From Eggerthellaceae bacterium (GTDB lineage Bacteria > Actinomycetota > Coriobacteriia > Coriobacteriales > Eggerthellaceae): a stretch of DNA of 64,000 nt. This document shows positions 45,935 to 57,571 of the stretch, piece by piece. Position 1 is the stretch's first letter. Every line of letters starts with the position of its first letter. The translations under genes and the position numbers were made by a program. Below the pieces are notes generated by a model. The model was given only the letters and a program-made list of their open reading frames with translations, had not been told where the DNA came from and did no database searches. Location: the NCBI GenBank assembly GCA_017434045.1, contig JAFRGA010000081.1, positions 1,813 to 65,812 on the forward strand, in the 5' to 3' direction.

Positions 45935-46504
45935 CTATCGGCTGCTTGCCAAGTGGGACATCGTCATCGTGAACACGATGGGCGCCCAAGCGGCGTACTT
46001 GCGTGGCTCGGCCTGGAGCTCTGCGGCAAGCGTTTCGAAATCAATCCAGCGGACTTCGCTCGCCTCGGCGGGGTCGGGGTCTATCGTTCCTTCGCAGCGG
46101 CCGACGATCACGTGGTCGTATTCGTATTCGCACAGCCCGTTGTCGAACTCGGCGCGGTAGACGAACGCGCAGATCTCGTGCAGATCAATCGCCTCGCACC
46201 TGAGCTCTTCGTGCACACGCCGATAGGCGGCCTCTATGGTCTCCTCGCCCAGGCGCGGGTGGGAGCAGCACGAGTTGGCCCAAAGCCCGCCCGAGTGGTA
46301 TTTCATCATCGAGCGCAACGCGAGCAGCAGCTCCGGCCCGTTCTCCCCTTCGCGTACGAGCACGACCGAGAACGCGCGGTGGAGGAGCCCTTCCACGTGC
46401 GCCTGCAGTTTCGTGGCGGCGCCGGTTTCGCGGTCGAGTCCATCGACGAGAATCAACATGTCATCGCGAGCGGGATCAGCCGCCATTTTCTCGTCAAGTT
46501 CCAT
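45935..46504 (-). CDS. idi: isopentenyl-diphosphate delta-isomerase, type 1 (Nudix fold)
   Basis: Its motifs align with those of E. coli Idi: LHRAFSV, KYHSGGLWANSCCSHPRLGE and CEYEYDHV. GGAGG RBS. Confidence 0.85.
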   Translation of the reverse strand: MELDEKMAADPARDDMLILVDGLDRETGAATKLQAHVEGLLHRAFSVVLVREGENGPELLLALRSMMKYHSGGLWANSCCSHPRLGEETIEAAYRRVHEELRCEAIDLHEICAFVYRAEFDNGLCEYEYDHVIVGRCEGTIDPDPAEASEVRWIDFETLAAELQAEPRKYAAWAPIVFTMTMSHLASSR

Positions 46505-46586
46505 GATTACCTCCGGTTTTAACCGCGCAAGGCGGTGCGTTTTGCTGTGCGAACGATGCTAGTTACTGTTGGAGAGGGGAGCCAGG

Positions 46587-46781
46587 CTACTTTAGACTGA
46601 GGCAAGGAAGATAGTCTTCACAAAAGCCTTTACACCAGCCACCTCCACCGCCCGATACGGCCTCCAGCTCAGCGTCGGAGAGGCTGTATCCCTCCTCCTT
46701 GGCGAGTGTCAGGATGTCTTTCGACGTCTTGCAGGCTTTCACTTTCTCTTGCAGTTCAGGTGAGAGGTCCTCGAAGTTCAT
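46587..46781 (-). CDS. Nif11-like leader peptide RiPP precursor (64 aa), core GGGWCKGFCEDYLPCLSLK
   Basis: The protein reads MNFEDLSPELQEKVKACKTSKDILTLAKEEGYSLSDAELEAVSGG|GGGWCKGFCEDYLPCLSLK. The ATG at 46781 follows GGAGG. It has a double-Gly cleavage motif and a 3-Cys core. Confidence 0.8.
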   Translation of the reverse strand: MNFEDLSPELQEKVKACKTSKDILTLAKEEGYSLSDAELEAVSGGGGGWCKGFCEDYLPCLSLK

Positions 46782-47186
46782 TTCCGCCTCCGTTCCATGC
46801 GTTGACGCTTCCCTCATGTTTCATTGTACGAGAGAACATGCGCTGTCATTTCAAAAGACTTGCTTTTATGCAGTCGATTTGGCGTTTTTTGATAGGCTGA
46901 GGCTCGACGAATAGCGCTGGGTGGGGCTTCGCCTGTTTGGCAGAGATCGAAAGAGTGCCAGCAGGCGAGGGGCAACAGAAGATGGCAAAAATTTGCGGAA
47001 CGGTACGATTTTGGGGATGCGGACGTTTTTGGACCAGTGGCCTTTGCCACTTAGCCCAGCCGCAATTAGCGCGATTCTCGACGGCCCCTTCTCGGAATCG
47101 GCCGATGACGGTATTCTGAGCATAGACCGACGGATACGTGTCCTAGAAACAAGCGGTTGAGGTCGGGCTTGATGATGTTGGGACAG

Positions 47187-47336
47187 GTTTCGAACGGTTT
47201 CGGCCACTTGCCGAGTGCGTTTCCGAAGGTTGAAGCGGTTTCGTATGGCTTGGCCGCTTGCCGAGTGTGTTCGAAGGCAAGGCGGATTACGGATTGTTTC
47301 GACCGCGTGCCGCACGTGTTTCGCAGGTCGGGCAAG
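47187..47336. repeat. ~50-58-bp degenerate tandem repeats (GTTTCG..GGCC.CTTGCCGAGTG.GTT..CGAAGG)
   Basis: Two full units plus one partial unit were read directly in the 607-bp divergent intergenic region between the precursor and the hydrolase genes. Confidence 0.7.
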
Positions 47337-47388
47337 ATGTCGCCTTCGCGTCGTGAGAGTAAGAACAAGAACCGAAAGAGGCCTGTTC

Positions 47389-48198
47389 ATGAACGAGAGA
47401 CGCTACACCACCGACAAAGGGACCATCCGCTATTGGATAAGCGATCCCATGCCCGGGGCGAAGACGCTCGTGTTCCTGCCAGGGCTGACGGCCGATCACC
47501 ATCTGTTCGACAAGCAGGTCGAGTACTTCGAGCCGCGCTGCAACATGTTCGTGTGGGACGCGCCGGGCCATGCGGCGTCGAGGCCGTTCGAGCTGTCGTT
47601 CTCGCTTGCCGACAAAGCGCGCTGGCTTCATGAAATCCTTGCAGTCGAAGGCGTTGAGCAGCCCGTTCTCGTCGGTCAGTCCATGGGCGGCTACGTGAGC
47701 CAGGCTTTCATGCAGTGCTTTCCCGGTGAGACAAAGGGATTCGTCTGCATCGACTCGGCGCCGCTGCAGCGCGAGTACTACACTGCCGCAGAGCTCTGGC
47801 TGCTGAAGCGAATGACCCCGGTGTATAGGCTTTATCCTCACAAGGCGCTCGTGCGCGATGGCGTGAAAGGTTGCGCCACCACGGAGTACGGGCAGGCGCT
47901 GATGAAGGCCACCTGGGATGAGTCCGTGTATGACCACGAGTATTTCTGCGCGCTCGCAGGGCACGGGTTTGGCATTCTTGCGGAGGCGATCGAGCTCGAG
48001 CTTCCGTATGAAATCGATTGTCCTACGCTGCTCATCTGCGGGGAGAAGGATGCTGCGGGTTCAACGCGTCGCTACAACCGCGAGTGGACGAAGAAGACCG
48101 GGCTTCCGCTTGTGTGGATTGAGGGCGCGGGACACAACTCGAACACTGACCGACCCGACGAGGTGAACGCGCTCATCGCCGAATTCGCTGGTGTGTGA
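47389..48198 (+). CDS. alpha/beta-fold hydrolase
   Basis: It has the nucleophile elbow GQSMGG, the N-terminal LVFLPGLTADHHLF and a C-terminal GAGHNSN. The ATG at 47389 follows GAAAGAGG. Confidence 0.85.
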   Translation: MNERRYTTDKGTIRYWISDPMPGAKTLVFLPGLTADHHLFDKQVEYFEPRCNMFVWDAPGHAASRPFELSFSLADKARWLHEILAVEGVEQPVLVGQSMGGYVSQAFMQCFPGETKGFVCIDSAPLQREYYTAAELWLLKRMTPVYRLYPHKALVRDGVKGCATTEYGQALMKATWDESVYDHEYFCALAGHGFGILAEAIELELPYEIDCPTLLICGEKDAAGSTRRYNREWTKKTGLPLVWIEGAGHNSNTDRPDEVNALIAEFAGV

Positions 48199-48318
48199 TG
48201 CGTCGGCACTGGATGGTTTCAAGCTTTCCAGCATCTCCTTGAGCAACGGAGACGGTTGCGGGATGGCGGGGCGGGTATACAATACGGTTACTATTTCACC
48301 AACAGATCGGGGGATCCC

Positions 48319-49425
48319 ATGACGTATTTGGGCGAGGAAATCGGGAAGCTGGGCTTTGGACTCATGCGGTTGCCGCGACTGGAGGACGGCAGCTTCGACC
48401 ACGAGCTGATCTGCCAGATGGTCGATCGCTTCCTGGAGGCGGGCTTCACATACTTCGACACCGCCTGGATTTACAGCGGAAGCGAAGAGGAAATCGCGAA
48501 GGCGCTCGTGCAGCGCCATCCGCGGGAGAGCTATCAGCTGGCCACGAAGGGCATCTCGTGGATCGGCTGCAAGACGCCCGAAGACGCGCAGGCGCATTTC
48601 CACCAGTCGCTCGAGCGCACGGGCGCGGGTTACTTTGACTTCTACCTGCTGCACATGACGGGCGGCCAGCGCACGCAAGTGTTCGAGCAGTTCGGTATGT
48701 GGGATTTCGTCGCGCAGAAGAAAGCGGAGGGCCTCATCCGCCACGTGGGCTTCTCGCATCACGGGACGGCCGAAGAGCTCGACGAGATCCTGACCGCCCA
48801 TCCCGAGGTCGAGTTCGTGCAGCTGCAGGTGAACTACCTCGATTGGGAGAATCCCCTCAACCAGAGCCGCGCCTGCATGGAGGCGGCAGCCAAACATAAC
48901 GTGCCCGTCGTGGTCATGGAGCCCCTGCGGGGCGGCCTTCTGGCCGATCCCCCTGCAAGCGTGGCCAAAGTGTTCGCCGAGGCCGAGCCCAAGCAATCGC
49001 CTGCCGCATGGGGCCTTCAGTTCGTGGCGAACCAGCCGAACATCATCACGGTGCTGTCGGGCATGAACGCGATGGAGCAGCTGGAAGACAACATCGCCGC
49101 GCTGAGCGGCTTCAAGGGTTTTGCGCCTGGGCAAGCCGAGGTCATCGAAGCGGCGCTCGCCGAGTTTGACAAGTTCGATCTCGTTCCGTGCACCGGCTGC
49201 GATTACTGCGCGAAGGTTTGCCCGGAGAACATCGGCATCCGCGGGTCGTTCATAGCCATGAACGCTGACATCATGTTCGGGCGCCACGTGCAGGAGTGGC
49301 TCAACTGGGGCGGCGGCAAGAACCCGCCGAGCGCCTGCATCGAATGCCACGCCTGCGAAGAGGCCTGCCCGCAGGGTATCTCCATCGTCGAGGAGCTGAA
49401 GCGCGCCGTGCCCCTCATCGGGTAG
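48319..49425 (+). CDS. aldo/keto reductase with C-terminal 4Fe-4S ferredoxin-like domain
   Basis: It has the AKR N-terminus (LGFGLMRLP, FTYFDTAWIY) and C-terminal Cys clusters CTGCDYCAKVCP and CIECHACEEACP. Confidence 0.85.
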   Translation: MTYLGEEIGKLGFGLMRLPRLEDGSFDHELICQMVDRFLEAGFTYFDTAWIYSGSEEEIAKALVQRHPRESYQLATKGISWIGCKTPEDAQAHFHQSLERTGAGYFDFYLLHMTGGQRTQVFEQFGMWDFVAQKKAEGLIRHVGFSHHGTAEELDEILTAHPEVEFVQLQVNYLDWENPLNQSRACMEAAAKHNVPVVVMEPLRGGLLADPPASVAKVFAEAEPKQSPAAWGLQFVANQPNIITVLSGMNAMEQLEDNIAALSGFKGFAPGQAEVIEAALAEFDKFDLVPCTGCDYCAKVCPENIGIRGSFIAMNADIMFGRHVQEWLNWGGGKNPPSACIECHACEEACPQGISIVEELKRAVPLIG

Positions 49426-49524
49426 CGCCTTGCGAACGAGGCGGGCTCGACGGGGTTTCAGACGACGACGAAGAAGACCCTGATGCTAGGGATTGCCGCA
49501 AGGAACAGGGCATACCAGTCAAGC

Positions 49525-49765
49525 CGCCTCGTTCTGACGATGAATCGGCCAAACCGCTATCCCGCGTTGATGACCCGGCCGAGCCTTCTCGCGTCGATGA
49601 ACCAGCCGAACTGCTCGCTTCGACGAAAAGCTAGCTGTTCCTCCTCGTGACGATGGGCCGACCGAGCCTATTCGTCTCGACGTAAAACCAGTTGAGCCGC
49701 CATCTTATTGCGATGATTCGAGAGAGTTGCTTGCCTCTTGTCGATAACACGGGGCAAGCAACCGA
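49525..49765. repeat. about eight tandem ~30-bp degenerate repeats (…TCG-N-TGACGATGR..CGGCCRA.C…)
   Basis: Read directly. They lie in the non-coding gap between the AKR and MFS genes. Confidence 0.65.
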
Positions 49766-49840
49766 CCTCAAGTTTTTCAAAAGGCTTTTCGGCCGGAAGT
49801 GAGAGGGACAAGCTAATCCAGCCACGATTTCGCGGTAGGT

Positions 49841-50032
49841 GAAATGTTTTCAAGTAAAAATGCCATAATTTCAATGATATCTGAAGGTTGCAAATTATCC
49901 ATATAGAGAATAGTAATGTGACACCCCTTTTGAACTGGTAAAACGTCGGTGTCTTATTTCCTGGGCTGCGAAAAATGACCCCAAATCTTCAGATATCATT
50001 GAAATTATGGCAGAATTACTTGAAAACATTTC
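49841..50032. repeat. low-GC element bounded by ~46-bp imperfect inverted repeats (26 bp perfect core TGCCATAATTTCAATGATATCTGAAG)
   Basis: The left arm is 49841-49886 and the right arm is 49987-50032. They flank a 100-nt AT-rich centre with its own short hairpin (GACACC...GGTGTC). Confidence 0.8.
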
Positions 50033-50214
50033 AATCGGAGCCGATTTCGAAGCCCGGAGCCATTTTTTGCGGTTCGGTATCGAAGCAGTGGTATTCAATC
50101 ACGGAAGCAATACGAAAAGAGGCTAGGGTTAGCCAGATTTTGGTTAGCCGCCCTGAAGCCATCAATCGTGCCTGGGGGCAAGATATCGCCCAGAAGCGAT
50201 TAGTCATCCCTGCG

Positions 50215-50334
50215 ACAAAGCACCCGACCCCGTCACATCGGGTGATGTAACAAAGCACCCGACCCCGTCACAGGGCGCGGTGGCGCTCGTGCGGGCGGGT
50301 GTGGGTGACGTGACAAAGCACCCGACCCCGTCAC
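50215..50334. repeat. three direct copies of ACAAAGCACCCGACCCCGTCACA with irregular spacing
   Basis: The copies start at about 50215, 50249 and 50312. The adjacent GGCGGCGCTCATTTCAGGCG is also duplicated and includes the MFS gene 3' end. Confidence 0.8.
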
Positions 50335-50394
50335 AGGGCGCGGCGGCGCTCATTTCAGGCGGACGAGCGCGGACGCCGGCCTCCCGGGCGGCGC

Positions 50395-51807
50395 TCATTT
50401 CAGGCGAGCGAACATGAATGTCAGCAGGCCGATTGCCAGCAAGGCCGAGAACGCTAGCGACACCTGATAGGGCAAGGCGGGGTTCGCTAGCAAACCGCCC
50501 GTGGGGCCGTCGGCAGGGGCGGGCAGGATTGCGGTGGCCAGAAACACCATGACGGCAGTTCCGAACGAGCCGGCAGCCTGTCGCAGAAGCGCCACGCTCG
50601 CACTGCCGTCGGGACCGATGCGGGGCTCCAAACCCGAAAGCGCGTATGCGAGGATGGGGCCGATGAGGCCCGAAACGCCAATGGACCTTACGGTTTGGAA
50701 GAGCGTGAGCTGGGCGAGCGAGGTCGTCTCGCCCACGAACGAGCAGCCGACTGACCCCACGACGAGCATCGTGCCCGTGACCATCACGACCTTGCGCACG
50801 CCGTACTTGTCTGCCAGCATGCCGGCAAGCGGGTTCACCGCGATGGCCGTGAACGTCGAGGGGAACGCCACCAGCCCGGCGTCGAGCGGGGTGCCGCCCA
50901 TCAGGTCGACGACGTATAAGGGGATGACCAGCGTCGGGCCAAGATACGATGCGAACAGCACGCACATCGAGATCAGGCCGACGCGGAATACCTTCGAATC
51001 GAAAATCTCCAGGTGGATGAGGGGTTGGTCGACGGTGCGCTGGCGCCTCACGAACAGCACGAGGAAAACGGCGCCCACGGCAAGGGGGCCCCAAACCCAC
51101 GGGCTCGCGAGGCCGAAGCTGCTCGCCTGCGAAAGGCCCAGCAAGACGCCGCCGAACCCAACCGTCGAGTAGACGAACGACAAGCGCTCGAAACGCGCGG
51201 ACGTGTCGCCCTCATTCACGTTCCTCGCAAACACCAACGTCAGCACGATGAGCGCAACGGCCAGGGCGGCCATCAGCACGAAGAAGCTGCGCCAGCCAAA
51301 CGCTGCCTCCATGGCGCCTCCGACGGCAGGGCCCACGTTGGGCGCCAAACCCAGCCCGATGCCTCCGACGCCCGTTGCGGTGGCGCGGCGGTTCTCGGGA
51401 AAGCGCGTCATGGCGATGGTCTGCAGCTGCGGGATGAGCAGGCCACCCGAGATGGCCTGCATGATGCGGCCGACCAGCATCACGGGAAAGTTCGTTGCGA
51501 TGATGCAGACAAGCGACCCGAGAGCAAACGCCGCCAGCGAGCCGATTGCGAAAGCGCGGTCGCTGATGCGCCGCTGCAGGTATGCTGCAACGGGCACCGC
51601 CACGCCCAGCACCAGGATGTAGGCCGACGTTAGCCACTGGCCCGTATCGACATCGATGCCCAGCTCGTCCATGACAGGCGAGATCATCGCGTTCAGGCCG
51701 GTCTGAGAGAGGTTGCAAAGCGACGCCCCAATCACGACCAGCGCGAACAGTATGATGGCGTCACGCAATCCAGGGGCAGGGCGTGTCGTCTCCGTGATTT
51801 TCGGCAT
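50395..51807 (-). CDS. MFS transporter, 14-TM drug:H+ antiporter (DHA2/EmrB-like)
   Basis: The protein is 470 aa with about 14 hydrophobic segments and MFS motifs (LVGRIMQAISGG). Its start lies 21 nt downstream of the kinase gene stop. Confidence 0.85.
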   Translation of the reverse strand: MPKITETTRPAPGLRDAIILFALVVIGASLCNLSQTGLNAMISPVMDELGIDVDTGQWLTSAYILVLGVAVPVAAYLQRRISDRAFAIGSLAAFALGSLVCIIATNFPVMLVGRIMQAISGGLLIPQLQTIAMTRFPENRRATATGVGGIGLGLAPNVGPAVGGAMEAAFGWRSFFVLMAALAVALIVLTLVFARNVNEGDTSARFERLSFVYSTVGFGGVLLGLSQASSFGLASPWVWGPLAVGAVFLVLFVRRQRTVDQPLIHLEIFDSKVFRVGLISMCVLFASYLGPTLVIPLYVVDLMGGTPLDAGLVAFPSTFTAIAVNPLAGMLADKYGVRKVVMVTGTMLVVGSVGCSFVGETTSLAQLTLFQTVRSIGVSGLIGPILAYALSGLEPRIGPDGSASVALLRQAAGSFGTAVMVFLATAILPAPADGPTGGLLANPALPYQVSLAFSALLAIGLLTFMFARLK

Positions 51808-51828
51808 GCCGGCCCTTTCCGCGTGCGT

Positions 51829-54210
<2,382 letters not shown>

Positions 54211-54405
54211 CCCAATACCTTTAGTTAACCCGTGCTATTCAAAACGCGCAACCTGCCGTGCCGCCCTAACGCTCAGTACGTAGATTCCAATTGTGACGAG
54301 TATAGCCCACTATCAGGTGGTGTTCCTAGCTAAATCAGCGCACCGGTGCTCCTTGATTGGGGATACCGCTCAACCAAGGCTTCTGCGGTCTGTTGCCATT
54401 CATAT

Positions 54406-54528
54406 CCAAACATTCCAGAACAGCGGCGGGGTGCGTAGCCGCTTGCGCAGCTACAAACTTCATTTATTCCAAAATGCGAGCAGCTGTAGGCCTAGCGCCC
54501 CGCCGCTGTCTTGGGATGGTATGTTTGG
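54406..54528. other. ~123-nt imperfect long hairpin in the gap between the two kinase genes
   Basis: CCAAACATTCCAGAACAGCGGCGGGGTGCG pairs with CGCCCCGCCGCTGTCTTGGGATGGTATGTTTGG. An inner GCTACA/TGTAGG pairing is also present. Confidence 0.55.
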
Positions 54529-54605
54529 GTCTAGCGCGAAAGGCAAATCGCACGGGGCATCGGGAGCGAAAAAGCTTCGGAAAAGAGGCTACCCCCGCCC
54601 AACAA

Positions 54606-56657
<2,052 letters not shown>

Positions 56658-56805
56658 GAGTTGTCCCCTCGCATCGGCCTGTGCAATATCGTAGTGTTTA
56701 GTCGAGATTCTTGCTAGTGCCGATACGAATAAAAGCAATCATGCAGCCATGAAAAAACCGGGCTGCGCGCTCTTCGCACAACCCGGCTCCCTTCCGCGAG
56801 AAAGG

Positions 56806-56942
56806 AAAGGCCAGGCCTTTCGTGAAAAGACCCGGCTTTTCGTGAAGAGACTCGGCCTCCCGAAAAAAGCCCAACCTCTCGAAAAAGGCGCAGTCTTCCG
56901 AAAAGCCCAGCCCTCCGAAAAAGCCCCGGCCTCCCGAAAGAC
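56806..56942. repeat. seven to eight tandem ~19-bp degenerate repeats (CGAAAAAGCCCNGCCTCC type)
   Basis: Read directly between the kinase start and the stop of the 122-aa gene. Confidence 0.75.
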
Positions 56943-56944
56943 GG

Positions 56945-57313
56945 TTACAGCTCGATGCGGCCGAACTTTCCCAGAAGCTCCGCAGCAGCAACATGGGCCT
57001 CGCAGATGCAGTACTTCCAACCCTCGGCCTTGCGTGCCTTCGCGGCTTCGAGCATGCCAGCTGCGGCTTCCGCGCCCATGATGCCGGCGGCCGGACCCTC
57101 GGCGAACGCGATGAGGTCGTCGATGCCGAGCATGCGGCCCTCCAGGAAATCGAGCAGGGCGTTGGTGGCAGCCTCAACTGCGGCATCGCTGCCATCGGCG
57201 GCAACGGCGTCCTTCCAAGCCTGTGCAGCGTCCTTGGTGTCCTGCTTGCTCGTACCCGACGCCGCGAGAATGTCAGCGCGCTCCGCCACGAAATCGAACA
57301 GTTCCTTCTCCAT
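56945..57313 (-). CDS. hypothetical 122-aa alanine-rich helical protein
   Basis: A strong GAAGGAGG RBS precedes the ATG at 57313. No motif was recognised. Confidence 0.6.
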   Translation of the reverse strand: MEKELFDFVAERADILAASGTSKQDTKDAAQAWKDAVAADGSDAAVEAATNALLDFLEGRMLGIDDLIAFAEGPAAGIMGAEAAAGMLEAAKARKAEGWKYCICEAHVAAAELLGKFGRIEL

Positions 57314-57571
57314 GATGTGCCTCCTTCAGCTCTAACGCATGTGCGGCAACAATCGCCGCAATCTTCTGACGACATTATAAGGTCGATGAACGCATTCGGG
57401 CGCTACGACCGACCGAAGGCATGCTGTGACGATGTAAAATGATACCCGCACGCTATGATTGACCGCACATGTTGCTATGCTTAACAAGCGGTTGAATCAT
57501 TCGCTTGATTTGGACAATTGAACGATTTGGGCGCCAGGGATCACGGGTTGGCTTTCGAGGAAGACCAGGGC

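Noticed and set aside
46814-47390. Minus-strand ORFs upstream of the precursor (46814-47050 and 46866-47390), considered as extra precursors or regulators.
   Set aside because: They run through the degenerate tandem repeats. They have no RBS, no Nif11-like or GG motif, and biased Arg/Ser/Pro composition.
50215-50334. Three direct copies of a 23-nt sequence (ACAAAGCACCCGACCCCGTCACA) that could suggest a small CRISPR array.
   Set aside because: There are only three copies. The spacers are very unequal in length (about 11 and 40 nt). There is no repeat-length regularity and no cas genes are nearby. It fits the local pattern of slippage-type tandem duplication, which also duplicates the MFS 3' end.
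56698-57375. A 225-aa minus-strand ORF and the overlapping ORFs across 56739-57442.
   Set aside because: They span the 19-bp tandem repeat array and are out of frame with the 122-aa gene (56945-57313). That gene is the only one with a strong RBS (GAAGGAGG) and protein-like composition.
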